A program made the translations under genes and the position numbers. A stretch of 64,000 nucleotides of DNA from an uncultured Candidatus Rokubacteria bacterium (GTDB taxonomy: Bacteria; Methylomirabilota; Methylomirabilia; Rokubacteriales; DASRDR01): contig CAWGVS010000012.1 in the NCBI GenBank assembly GCA_963826115.1, positions 384,001 through 448,000 on the forward strand. The letters are read 5' to 3'. Positions 38,068 to 47,463 of this stretch are shown one piece after another; the first letter of the stretch is position 1, and each line of letters starts with the position of its first letter. Under the pieces are notes generated by a model, which worked only from the letters and a program-made list of their open reading frames with translations, was not told where the DNA came from and searched no databases.

Positions 38068-38994
38068 ATGAGGTATCTCCCGTTCGCGCCCCTCGGACGC
38101 GATCTCTCCCGGCTCGTTCTGGGCACGGCCGGGTACGAGCAGGCGCCACTCGACGTCGCCCTCGACGTCTTCGACGCCTACCGGGAGCTCGGCGGCAACG
38201 TCGTGGACACCGGGCGCGAGTACGGGAACGCGGAAGCCATCCTCGGCCGATGGCTCCGCGAGCGGCGCGTGGGCGACGAGATCGTCGTCCTGACGAAGGG
38301 CGCCCACCACGACAACGACACGGGGCGGAGGCGCGTCAACCCGCGCGAGATCACGGAGGACCTCGACGAGAGCCTCCGGACCCTCGGCCGCCCGACGATC
38401 GACATCTACTGTCTCCACCGTGACGACCCGAACGTGGCGGTGGGGCCGGTCCTCGAGACGCTCGGCGAGCACCAGCGATCGGGACGCGTTCGCGTGCTCG
38501 GCGCCTCCAACTGGTCGACGGCGCGACTCGAGGAAGCGGGCCGGTACGCCGCCGACCACGGCCTCGACGGCTTTCGGTGCTCGAGCCCCGGCCTGAGCCT
38601 CGCCGCGCCCCGGGAGGCGCCCTGGCTCGACGCCGTCACGATTCACGAGCGGGCGGCCGGCGCGTGGTATGCCACGCGCCAGCTCCCGGTGTTCGCGTGG
38701 GCGTCGCTCGCCGGCGGGTTCTTCGCCGGGATCCGGAGCCCCGACGTCCTGCGCGTCTACGACACCGCCGACAACCGCGAGCGCCTCCGCCGCGCGGAGG
38801 CCCTCGGCGCGCGGCGGGGCGCGACGGCGAGCCAGGTCGCCCTCGCCTGGGTCCTCCACCAGCCCTTCCCCACCTACGCCCTGATCGGGCCGCGGAGCGT
38901 GGCGGAGCTCCGCGAGAGCGCGGCCGCGCTCGACCTCGCGCTCACGCCCGACGAGTCGCGCTGGCTCGACCTGGAGCAGCCGGACGCCGGCTAG
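38068..38994 (+). CDS. Aldo/keto reductase
   Basis: DTGREYG, LTKG, IDIYCLHRDD, GASNW. Confidence 0.92.
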   Translation: MRYLPFAPLGRDLSRLVLGTAGYEQAPLDVALDVFDAYRELGGNVVDTGREYGNAEAILGRWLRERRVGDEIVVLTKGAHHDNDTGRRRVNPREITEDLDESLRTLGRPTIDIYCLHRDDPNVAVGPVLETLGEHQRSGRVRVLGASNWSTARLEEAGRYAADHGLDGFRCSSPGLSLAAPREAPWLDAVTIHERAAGAWYATRQLPVFAWASLAGGFFAGIRSPDVLRVYDTADNRERLRRAEALGARRGATASQVALAWVLHQPFPTYALIGPRSVAELRESAAALDLALTPDESRWLDLEQPDAG

Positions 38995-39041
38995 CGGCGC
39001 GGACCGAGACGGCCGGGCCCGGCTTGGCTCGGACGGGCCGA

Positions 39042-39266
39042 TCAGCCCTCGTACTTGAACGACACCTGCACGCGGGCGCGATAGGCGACGATCTTCCCGT
39101 TGTCGATCTTCACGTCGAGCTTCTGGACCTCCGCGATCCGGAGGTCGCGGAGGGACCGGGTGGCCGTCTCCACCGCGTTCTTGGTCGCGTCCTCCCACGA
39201 GCGCGGGCTGGTCCCGATGATATCGATGACTCGGTACACGCCCTCGCTGGATCCCTTCTTGGCCAT
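39042..39266 (-). CDS. Dodecin (flavin-binding)
   Basis: VYRVIDIIGTS..SWEDA..LRDLRIAEV..YRARVQVSFKYE. Confidence 0.93.
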   Translation of the reverse strand: MAKKGSSEGVYRVIDIIGTSPRSWEDATKNAVETATRSLRDLRIAEVQKLDVKIDNGKIVAYRARVQVSFKYEG

Positions 39267-39400
39267 CGTCATCCTCCTCGCTCCGCGCAACCCGCGGAAC
39301 GGCCACGGACCCCAGACCCCGGAGTGGTTCGCCGCCCCAGCATAGCGCCGGTGCCCGCCGGCCGTCAGGCGCGCGGACGCCGCCCGCGCTCGGGCGACGG

Positions 39401-39414
39401 TATAATCCGACCCC
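39401..39414 (+). promoter_or_regulatory. -10 box of a probable leaderless gene
   Basis: TATAAT 8 nt before GTG 39415, no SD sequence. Confidence 0.55.
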
Positions 39415-41430
39415 GTGACCACCGTGGCGGCGTATCCGCGCAGGATCGAGCGGCGTGATCCTGTCTGGATTCCCCTCCAGGACGGGACGCGGCTCGCGGC
39501 CCGCGTGTGGCTCCCCGTCGACGCCGAGACGAGCCCGGTGCCGGCGATCCTCGAGTACCTGCCTTACCGCCGGCGCGAGGGCACCGCCGAGCGGGACGCG
39601 CTCACGCATCCCTACGTCGCCGGCCATGGCTACGCCTGCGTGCGGGTCGACATGCGCGGGAGCGGCGACTCCGACGGCGTCCTCACCGACGAGTACCTCC
39701 CGCTCGAGCAGGACGACGCGGTGGAGGTCATCGCGTGGCTCGCCGCCCAGCCGTGGTGCACAGGGCGGGTCGGGATGATGGGCCACTCCTGGGGCGGCTT
39801 CAACGCCCTCCAGGTCGCCGCCCGGCGGCCCCCGGCGCTCCGGGCGATCATCACGTCGTGCTCGACCGACGACCGCTACGCGGACGACATCCACTACATG
39901 GGCGGGGCGCTCCTGCTCGACAACCTCCGCTGGGCGTCGACGATGTTCGCCCACAACTCGCGCCCGCCGGACCCGGCGGTCGTCGGCGACCGCTGGCGGG
40001 AGCTGTGGCTGGCCCGCCTCCGCGGGAGCGGCCTCTGGCTCGACACGTGGATCCGCCATCAGCGGCGCGACGCGTTCTGGCGGCAGGGCTCGGTGTGCGA
40101 GGACTTCGCGGCGATCGAGTGCTCGGTCTTCGCCGTCGGCGGATGGCTCGACGCCTACACGAACGCGGTCCCCCGGCTGATGCAAGGGCTCGCCGGGCCG
40201 CGCCAGGCGCTGATCGGCCAGTGGGCGCACCGCTATCCCCACATGGCGCTGCCCGGTCCCGCCGTCGGCTTCCTCCAGATTGCCCTCCGATGGTGGGATC
40301 GATGGTTGAAGGACCGCGCGCCGGCGCCCGACGGCGAGCCACCGCTCCGGATCTGGATGCAGGACAGCGTCCCCCCGGCGCCCCACCACGAGACCCTGCC
40401 GGGCCGCTGGGTCGGGGAGCGCGCGTGGCCCTCGGCGCGCATCACACCGCGACGCTACGTCCTCCACCGGGGGCGCCTCGCGCAGGAGCCCGGTCCCGAG
40501 GCGCCGCTCACGCACCGGTCGCCGGAGAGCGTGGGCGTCTACGCGGGGCGCTGGTGCCCCTATCAGCTCACCCCCGACCTGCCGCTCGACCAGCGGTTCG
40601 AGGATGGGGGCGCGCTGACGTTCGACACCGATCCCCTGCCGGAGCGGCTCGAGATCCTGGGCGCGCCGGTGGCCGATCTCGAGCTCGCCGTGGATCGCCC
40701 CGTGGCGCTCCTCGCCGCGCGCCTCTCCGACGTCGCGCCCGACGGCGCGGCCACGCGCGTCAGCTACGGTCTCCTGAACCTCACGCACCGGGAGAGCCAC
40801 GCGCACCCGACGCCGCTCGAGCCCGGCCGCCGCTACCGCGTGCGCCTCCAGCTCAACGACCTCGGCCAGGCCTTCCCCGCCGGGCACCGGGTCCGGCTCG
40901 CGCTGTCGACCGCCTACTGGCCCACCGCCTGGCCGGCGCCCGAGCCGGTGACGCTGACCCTCTACGCCGGCGCGAGCGCGCTGACGCTCCCCGTGCGCCC
41001 GCCGGACCCGGCCGACGCCGCGCTCCCGCCGCTGCCGCCGGTCGAGACGGCGCCGCCGCTCCCCGTGACGGCCTTCGAGCCGCCGCGCACCGAGCGCGTC
41101 GTCCACCACGACGCCCTCACCGGCGCGGTCACGCTCGACTGGGTCCAGGACAGCGGGCGCCATCGGTACGACGACATCGACCTCACGGTGCACTCCGTGG
41201 CGGCAGACCGCTTCACGATCCGGCCCGATGATCCCCTGTCCGCGCGGGCCGAGGTCGCCTGGACGGTGCGCCTCTCGCGCGGCGACTGGCGGGTGGAAAC
41301 CCGGACCCGGACGGTCCTGACGGCGACCCGGGACACCTTCGATCTCGTCGCGACGCTCGAGGCCCGCGAGGGCGACGCGCCGTTTCACGCGGAGCGCTGG
41401 GAGCGGTCGATCCCGCGCGACCTGGTCTGA
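39415..41430 (+). CDS. CocE/NonD family hydrolase (second paralogue)
   Basis: EYLPYRRR, VDMRGSGDSDG, GHSWGG, CSTDDRYADD. Confidence 0.93.
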   Translation: MTTVAAYPRRIERRDPVWIPLQDGTRLAARVWLPVDAETSPVPAILEYLPYRRREGTAERDALTHPYVAGHGYACVRVDMRGSGDSDGVLTDEYLPLEQDDAVEVIAWLAAQPWCTGRVGMMGHSWGGFNALQVAARRPPALRAIITSCSTDDRYADDIHYMGGALLLDNLRWASTMFAHNSRPPDPAVVGDRWRELWLARLRGSGLWLDTWIRHQRRDAFWRQGSVCEDFAAIECSVFAVGGWLDAYTNAVPRLMQGLAGPRQALIGQWAHRYPHMALPGPAVGFLQIALRWWDRWLKDRAPAPDGEPPLRIWMQDSVPPAPHHETLPGRWVGERAWPSARITPRRYVLHRGRLAQEPGPEAPLTHRSPESVGVYAGRWCPYQLTPDLPLDQRFEDGGALTFDTDPLPERLEILGAPVADLELAVDRPVALLAARLSDVAPDGAATRVSYGLLNLTHRESHAHPTPLEPGRRYRVRLQLNDLGQAFPAGHRVRLALSTAYWPTAWPAPEPVTLTLYAGASALTLPVRPPDPADAALPPLPPVETAPPLPVTAFEPPRTERVVHHDALTGAVTLDWVQDSGRHRYDDIDLTVHSVAADRFTIRPDDPLSARAEVAWTVRLSRGDWRVETRTRTVLTATRDTFDLVATLEAREGDAPFHAERWERSIPRDLV

Positions 41431-41446
41431 CGGCAGGAGGCACGGC

Positions 41447-42298
41447 ATGCCCGACGCGCTGAAGCTCGCGCTCTTCGGCCTCCACCGGGGCAGCAGCGTC
41501 GATCCCGAGACGCTGGCCCGCCGCGCGCGCCGGGCCGAGGACGTCGGCTTCGAGTCGCTCTGGGTGGGCGATCACGTCGCCCTCCCGGTGGACGCGCCCG
41601 ACAACCCGGCCACGCAGCCGCGCCTCGAGGCGGTGGTCACGCTCGCGCACCTGGCGGCCCTCACGCGTCGCGTGCGCCTCGCCGTCGGCGTCATCGTGCT
41701 GCCGCAGCGCCAGCCGGTCCTCCTCGCGAAGCAGCTCACCTCCGTCGACGTGCTGTCGGGGGGGCGGCTCATCGTCGGCCTCGGCGTCGGCTACCTCGAG
41801 CCGGAGCTCACCGCGCTCGGCGCCTCGCTCGCGGACCGCGGCGCCCGCACCGACGAGTACCTCCGCGCGATGCGCGCCCTCTGGGACGAGCCGACGCCCG
41901 CGTTCGCGGGCCGCTTCGTCGCGTTCGCCGGCGTCATCGAGCGCCCGCGCCCCGTGCAGCGGCCGCATCCGCCCATCGTGGTCGGCGGGCACTCGCCCGC
42001 CGCGCACCGCCGGGCGATCGAGGCCGCGAACGGCTGGTACGGGTGGGAGCTCGGGCTCGAGGAGACCGCCCGGGCGCTGGGCGAGCTGCGCGACGCGGCG
42101 CGACGTCACGCGCGCCCGGCCGCGCTCGGCCCGCTCGAGATCACGATCACGCCGCCCCGCCTGGTGGACCGCGACACGGCCCGCCGCTACGCCGACCTCG
42201 GCGTGCACCGTCTCGCGATCCAGCCCCACACCATGGACGGTGGCGCGATCGACGAGCTCATCGAGACCGTCGGCGACACCCTCGTCGGCCGGCTCTAG
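41447..42298 (+). CDS. LLM-class (probably F420-dependent) oxidoreductase
   Basis: GFESLWVGDHV, LAKQLTSVDVLSGGRL, PRPVQRPHPPIVVGG. Confidence 0.9.
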   Translation: MPDALKLALFGLHRGSSVDPETLARRARRAEDVGFESLWVGDHVALPVDAPDNPATQPRLEAVVTLAHLAALTRRVRLAVGVIVLPQRQPVLLAKQLTSVDVLSGGRLIVGLGVGYLEPELTALGASLADRGARTDEYLRAMRALWDEPTPAFAGRFVAFAGVIERPRPVQRPHPPIVVGGHSPAAHRRAIEAANGWYGWELGLEETARALGELRDAARRHARPAALGPLEITITPPRLVDRDTARRYADLGVHRLAIQPHTMDGGAIDELIETVGDTLVGRL

Positions 42299-42303
42299 GG
42301 GTC

Positions 42304-42332
42304 TTGCGAGCGCGGGGGCCGCGCCCTATGAT
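42304..42332 (+). promoter_or_regulatory. sigma70 promoter of the oxidoreductase operon
   Basis: TTGCGA-N17-TATGAT. Confidence 0.55.
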
Positions 42333-42353
42333 CCGGCGCGAGGCCGCCCGCCG

Positions 42354-43997
42354 ATGACCCGCCCGAGCGATCCGAAGTCCGTGTCCGGCAAGACGACCGC
42401 GCCCGAGCGCCGGGTCCCGCTGGTCGTGGTCGGTGCCGGCCCCGCCGGCGTCGCGGCGGCGACGGCGGCGGCGCGCGCCGGTGTCTCGGTGCTCCTCCTC
42501 GACGAGCATCCGCTCGACCCCGAGCTCATGGCCATGGACGTCCCGCTCTACTTCGGTCAGCGGATGAGCGCGGCGGTGCGGGACCGGGGCGTCATGCTCG
42601 AGCGCGTCGTCCGGACGAATCCCGGGCTCGAGGCGGCCATCGAGGCCGGCGTCGACGTCGAGCTCGGCGTCTCGGTGTGGGGCGCGTTCCAGCCCGGGCC
42701 CGTCCTGCAGGAGCTCGGCGGCCCGTGCCTCGGCGTCGCGGACCAGACGCGCTCGTGGCTCCTTGGCTACGACCGGTTGATCGTCGCCGCCGGCGCCCGC
42801 GATCTCGGCCTCGCGTTCCGGGGCTGGGAGAAGGCCGGCACCATGGGCGCCGCGGGCGCCCTCGCGCTCCTCGCGCGCTACCAGGCCTGCGCCGCGCGCC
42901 GCATGGTCGTCCTCGGCTCGGGCCCGCTCGGGCTGGCCGTGGCCGCGCTCGCCCGGACGCGCGGCATCGAGGTGCCGGCGATCGTCGAGGTCGGGCCCGC
43001 GCTCCGGTGCGACGCGGCCGAACAGGAGCGTCTCGAGCGCGAGGGCACGCGCTTCTATCCGCGCCACGTCGTCGCCGCGGCGCTCGGCGCGCGCGACGAG
43101 CTGGAGGGCGTCCGGCTCGCGGCCCTCGACGGAGATCTCCGCCCTGTCGCCGGGCGGGAGGTGGACATCGCGTGCGACACCGCGTGTCTCGCCATCGGCC
43201 TCGTGCCGCAGGTCGAGCTGCTCCAGCTCCTCGGATGCCGGCTCGCCTTCCGCTCCGAGCGGGGCGGCTGGGTTCCCGAGGTCGACGCGACGCAGCGAAC
43301 GAGCGTCCCGGAGGTGTACGCGGCCGGCGACGTCACCGGCGTCGACGAGCGCGCGGTGACGTCACCCGACCGCGCCCAGGCCGAGGGTCGCCGGGCGGGG
43401 CTTGCCGCCGCCGCCGCGCTCGGCGCGATCGCTCCGGACCGCCTGGAGGCCCTGTTGCGCGAGACTCCGCCGCCCGCGGCCCTGAGCGGTCCGCGCGCCC
43501 ACGACTACTGGCGCCAGTGGATCCGCGCGACGGGCGCGGCGGCCGGCGGCGAGATCCTGGCCTGCCAGTGCGAGGAGGTGACGCGGAGCGAGCTGGTCGG
43601 AGTGCAGCCGCCGCGCTATCTCGGCGCCGCCTCGCCGACCATGCGCGCCCGGAACATCGGGAGCCTGAGCCAGGACGGCCCGATCAATCCCGACCAGGTG
43701 AAGCGTCTGACGCGCGCGGGCATGGGACCCTGCCAGGGGCGGCGCTGCCGGGAGCAGGTGGCGCTCATCCTGGCGGAGGCGGGCGACGTGCCCGTCGACA
43801 CGATCCCGCTCGCGAGCTACCGGCCGCCGGTGCGGCCGCTCCCCCTCTCGGTGCTCTGGCCGCACGACGAGCCGGCGTCGATGCGCGAGCACTGGGTGAG
43901 CTGGTTCGGGATCCCGACCCAGTTCGCGCCGCACTGGGCGGGCGACCCGGACATGACCGTCATGCTCGACGTGCCGGGCGCGACGCCGGTCGAGTGA
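42354..43997 (+). CDS. FAD/NAD(P) oxidoreductase with BFD-like Fe-S domain (HcnB/OoxA/sarcosine oxidase alpha-like)
   Basis: GAGPAG, VYAAGD, CQCEEV, KRLTRAGMGPCQGRRC, RPPVRP. Confidence 0.88.
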   Translation: MTRPSDPKSVSGKTTAPERRVPLVVVGAGPAGVAAATAAARAGVSVLLLDEHPLDPELMAMDVPLYFGQRMSAAVRDRGVMLERVVRTNPGLEAAIEAGVDVELGVSVWGAFQPGPVLQELGGPCLGVADQTRSWLLGYDRLIVAAGARDLGLAFRGWEKAGTMGAAGALALLARYQACAARRMVVLGSGPLGLAVAALARTRGIEVPAIVEVGPALRCDAAEQERLEREGTRFYPRHVVAAALGARDELEGVRLAALDGDLRPVAGREVDIACDTACLAIGLVPQVELLQLLGCRLAFRSERGGWVPEVDATQRTSVPEVYAAGDVTGVDERAVTSPDRAQAEGRRAGLAAAAALGAIAPDRLEALLRETPPPAALSGPRAHDYWRQWIRATGAAAGGEILACQCEEVTRSELVGVQPPRYLGAASPTMRARNIGSLSQDGPINPDQVKRLTRAGMGPCQGRRCREQVALILAEAGDVPVDTIPLASYRPPVRPLPLSVLWPHDEPASMREHWVSWFGIPTQFAPHWAGDPDMTVMLDVPGATPVE

Positions 43998-44004
43998 GGA
44001 CAGG

Positions 44005-45171
44005 ATGAGCGACCTGCGCGGCGCGAGCGTCGTGGTGGTGGGAGGCGGCGTCACCGGCCTCAGCAGCGCCTGGTGGCTCGCGCGGGCGGGCGTCGACGTC
44101 CTGGTCCTCGAGGCCGGCATCGTCGGGTGGGAGGCCTCGGGGCGGAATGGCGGCGGCGCGACCCACGTCTACAGCCCGCTCGGCGTCGAGGAGCAGCGGC
44201 TCTGGCCCCAGATGGACGAGCTGCTCGGCTATCCCACCGAGCACATGCCGCACCGGATCCGCATCGCGCTGACGTCCGACCAGCTCACGCTCTACCGGGC
44301 CAACGCGCGGATCGCCGCCGATCGCGGCTTCCCCATCGAGCCGCTCGACGCCAAGCAGATCAAGGAGCTCGTGCCGATCGTCGGCGACAACGTGGTGGGC
44401 GGCCTCTACCTCCACTTCGGCGGCCACGCGAATCCCCAGCGCACCGTCCAGGCCTACGCGTGGGCACTCCAGGACCTCGGCGGCCGCATCCGCCAGCACA
44501 CGGCGGTCACCGGCTTCCGGATGGCCGGCGGGCGCGTCACCGCCGTCGAGACCGCCGCCGGACTCGTCGGCGCGGACACGGTCGTCCTGGCGGCGGGGCC
44601 CCAGACCGATCGGCTGGCCGCCATGCTCGGCGTCCGCGTGCCGCTCGCGCCGTCGCGGGTCGAGATGATCTGCACCGAGCCCTTGCCGCTCATGAAGGTG
44701 GGCGGGGTCGACGGGAACGGCCTCTATGGCCGGCAGACGCGCCGCGGCAACCTCGTCTACGGCGGCGGCCCCCACGAGTGGCTCGACCAGACGGACCTCG
44801 CCGCCGCGGCGGGCGCGAAGCCGACGACGCCCCTCCTCCGGAGCCTCGGACGCCGGCTGGCCGAGCTCTTCCGCGGGGCCGCCCACATGCGCGTCATCCG
44901 GAGCTGGGCGGGCATCGTCGAGAACACGCCCGACGGTCTGCCCATCATCGATCGGCTGACCCAGCCGGCCAACGTCGTCCTCGCGACGATGTCGAGCGTC
45001 GGGTTCGGGCTCTCGCCGGCGTCGGGGCACGCGATCAGCGAGCTCGTCCTCCACGGCGAGTGCCGCTTCGCCAACCTCACCGCCCTCCGGCTCGGCCGCT
45101 TCGCCGACACGCCGCCCGACTGGCGGACGCGGCTCGGCTGGCTGCCCGCGGCGACCGAAGTCCAGGTCTGA
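44005..45171 (+). CDS. DAO-family FAD oxidoreductase (HcnC/OoxB/SoxB-like)
   Basis: VVVGGGVTG, ASGRNGG, WAG..ENTPDGLPII, GFGLSPA. Confidence 0.9.
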   Translation: MSDLRGASVVVVGGGVTGLSSAWWLARAGVDVLVLEAGIVGWEASGRNGGGATHVYSPLGVEEQRLWPQMDELLGYPTEHMPHRIRIALTSDQLTLYRANARIAADRGFPIEPLDAKQIKELVPIVGDNVVGGLYLHFGGHANPQRTVQAYAWALQDLGGRIRQHTAVTGFRMAGGRVTAVETAAGLVGADTVVLAAGPQTDRLAAMLGVRVPLAPSRVEMICTEPLPLMKVGGVDGNGLYGRQTRRGNLVYGGGPHEWLDQTDLAAAAGAKPTTPLLRSLGRRLAELFRGAAHMRVIRSWAGIVENTPDGLPIIDRLTQPANVVLATMSSVGFGLSPASGHAISELVLHGECRFANLTALRLGRFADTPPDWRTRLGWLPAATEVQV

Positions 45172-45175
45172 GCCC

Positions 45176-46285
45176 GTGAAGGCCGCGGTCTGTTACGAGG
45201 CGGGGAAACCCCTCGTCGTCGAGGACGTCGTCCTCGACCCGCCGAAGGCGGGCGAGGTGCGGGTCCGCGTCGGCGCGTGCGCCATCTGTCACAGCGACGT
45301 GCACCTCGTCCGCGGCGACTGGGCCGGCTGGACCAGCACGCCGCCCCCCGTGGTGGCGGGCCACGAGGCCGCGGGGACGGTCACCGAGGTCGGCCCGGGC
45401 GTCACGCGCGTCCGGCCGGGGGACCACGTGGTCGTGTCGCTCCTCCGCACGTGCGGCGCCTGCGTCCCGTGTCTCTCCGGCGCGGCCTATCTCTGCGAGG
45501 GGAGCTTCGCCCTCATGACGGAGCACCGCCTCCACACGCGCGCCGGCCGGCCGCTCAACGCCGGGATCCGCGTGGCGGGATTCGCGGAGGCGGTGGTGGT
45601 GGAGCAATCGCAGCTGGTGCCCGTCCCGCGAGAGCTCGGCCACGACCGGGCGTGCCTCCTGGCGTGCGGCGTGATCACCGGGGTCGGCGCGGTGCTGAAC
45701 ACCGCCGAGCTCGTGCCGGGCAGCAGCGCCGTGATCATCGGCGCGGGCGGCGTCGGCGTGAACGCGATCCAGGGCGCGGCCCTGGCCGGGGCGACGCCCA
45801 TCATCGCGGTCGACGTCCTGCCGGCGAAGCTCCCGGTCGCCCGGAGCTTCGGCGCCACCCACGCGGTGGACGGCCGTCAGCCCGACCTGCCGGCGCGCGT
45901 GCGCGAGCTCACCGGCGGCCGCGGCGCGGACTACGTCTTCGTGACCGTCGGCGCCCCGGCCGCGGTGACCCAGGCGCTCACGCTCGCCCGGCGCGGCGGG
46001 ACGGTGGTGCTGGTCGGGATGCCGCCGGCGGGGGCCACCGCGCCGATCCCCATCGGCGACTTCGCCGGGAACGGGCTCCGCCTCCTGGGCAGCAACATGG
46101 GCTCGACCCGCCTCGGCGTGGACGTGCCCCGGCTCGTCGCGCGCCATCAAGAGGGCCGGCTCAACCTCGACGGGCTCATCACCGCCCGCTACCCGCTCGA
46201 GCGGATCAACGAGGCGATCGAGGCGATGGAAGGCGGTCAGGCGCTCCGGAACGTGATCGTGTTCCCGGCGGCGGACGGGCCGTGA
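45176..46285 (+). CDS. Zn-dependent alcohol/aldehyde dehydrogenase (class III-like)
   Basis: ICHSD, GHEAAG, CGACVPC..C, LACGVITG. Confidence 0.92.
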   Translation: MKAAVCYEAGKPLVVEDVVLDPPKAGEVRVRVGACAICHSDVHLVRGDWAGWTSTPPPVVAGHEAAGTVTEVGPGVTRVRPGDHVVVSLLRTCGACVPCLSGAAYLCEGSFALMTEHRLHTRAGRPLNAGIRVAGFAEAVVVEQSQLVPVPRELGHDRACLLACGVITGVGAVLNTAELVPGSSAVIIGAGGVGVNAIQGAALAGATPIIAVDVLPAKLPVARSFGATHAVDGRQPDLPARVRELTGGRGADYVFVTVGAPAAVTQALTLARRGGTVVLVGMPPAGATAPIPIGDFAGNGLRLLGSNMGSTRLGVDVPRLVARHQEGRLNLDGLITARYPLERINEAIEAMEGGQALRNVIVFPAADGP

Positions 46286-47415
46286 CGGGCGCCGGGGACG
46301 CCGGCGGCGCGCTCGCGCGCACGCTCCCCGGGCGCTTCTACCACGACCCCGCGATCTGGCAGCTCGAGCAGGCGCGCCTCTTCGGCCGGCTCTGGGTGTG
46401 CGTCGGGCGCGCCGACCAGTTCCCCGCCACGGGCCACTACCGGACGGTGCGCGTCGGGGAGGAGAGCGTGCTGGTCGTCCGGGGCGAGAACGGCGCGCTC
46501 CGCGCGTTCCTCAACGTGTGCCGCCACCGCGGCGCCCGGCTCTGCCCGACCGAGCGAGGCCAGACGCGGACGCTCCAGTGCCGCTACCACGCGTGGACCT
46601 ACGGCCTCGACGGCCGCCTCCTCCGCGCGCCGGGGCTCCAGGACTCGGCGGCGTTCGACAAGGACGCGTTCGGGCTGGTCCCCGTGACCCTCGAGACCTG
46701 GGAAGGGCTCGTGTGGGTGAACCTCGTCGAGAATCCCCCGCCGCTCGCGGACCAGCTCCTTCCGCAGCTGGCCGCGCGGCTCGGCGACGCCGACCGCCTG
46801 GCCGCCTATCGGATCGGCACGCTCGCGGTCGGCCGCACCCTCGAGTACGAGGTGCAGGCCAACTGGAAGGTGATCGTGGAGAACTTCATGGAGTGCTACC
46901 ACTGCGCGCCGATGCATCCGGAGCTCGTGCGGCTCCTCCCCGCGTTCCGGAACGGCGCGACCCAGGAGTACGGGCTCGGCACGCGCCTCGCCGACGACGC
47001 CGAGGGGCTGACGATGAGCGGGCGGGCCCCGGCGCCGCCGTTCCCGGGCCTGACCCCGGGTCACGAGCGGCACTACTACGGGATGGTCGTGCGTCCGAAC
47101 ATGCTGCTGAACCTCCTCCCGGACCACGTCATCGTCCACACGCTCACCCCCCTCGCGCCCGACCGCTCCCGGGTCACCTGTGACTGGCTCTTTGCGCCGG
47201 AGGTCGTCCAGCGGCCCGGGTTCGACCCCGAGGACACGGTGGGCCTGTTCGACCGGGTCAATCGCCAGGACTGGGAAGTGTGCGAGTGGGTCCAGGCCGG
47301 CGTCCGGTCGCGCGCCTTCGCCGCCGGCGGCGTCTACGTCCCGATCGAGCGGCACATCCGCGGGTTCAACGACTGGGTGCTCGCCGAGCTCGGCCTGCCT
47401 CCGGACCAGCCGTAG
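46282..47415 (+). CDS. Rieske oxygenase alpha subunit (second paralogue)
   Basis: CRHRG..CRYH, ENFMECYHC..HPEL; GTGA overlap. Confidence 0.93.
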   Translation: MTGAGDAGGALARTLPGRFYHDPAIWQLEQARLFGRLWVCVGRADQFPATGHYRTVRVGEESVLVVRGENGALRAFLNVCRHRGARLCPTERGQTRTLQCRYHAWTYGLDGRLLRAPGLQDSAAFDKDAFGLVPVTLETWEGLVWVNLVENPPPLADQLLPQLAARLGDADRLAAYRIGTLAVGRTLEYEVQANWKVIVENFMECYHCAPMHPELVRLLPAFRNGATQEYGLGTRLADDAEGLTMSGRAPAPPFPGLTPGHERHYYGMVVRPNMLLNLLPDHVIVHTLTPLAPDRSRVTCDWLFAPEVVQRPGFDPEDTVGLFDRVNRQDWEVCEWVQAGVRSRAFAAGGVYVPIERHIRGFNDWVLAELGLPPDQP

Positions 47416-47463
47416 CGGCGGAAGGACCGGCGTCCCCGACCTGCGGCCCCGCGCCTCGAGCGC

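Noticed and set aside
21434-41430. Near-identical DNA stretches shared by the two CocE genes, as a possible repeat or recombination substrate
   Set aside because: Confined to conserved coding motifs of paralogues
37951-41448. Very long ORFs such as 1165 aa (37951-41448 -), 834 aa (16054-18558 +) and 845 aa (54648-57185 -)
   Set aside because: Antisense or off-frame shadows of real genes; Arg/Gly/Pro-rich without motifs, as expected at high GC (only the last ~100 codons of the 845-aa ORF look real)
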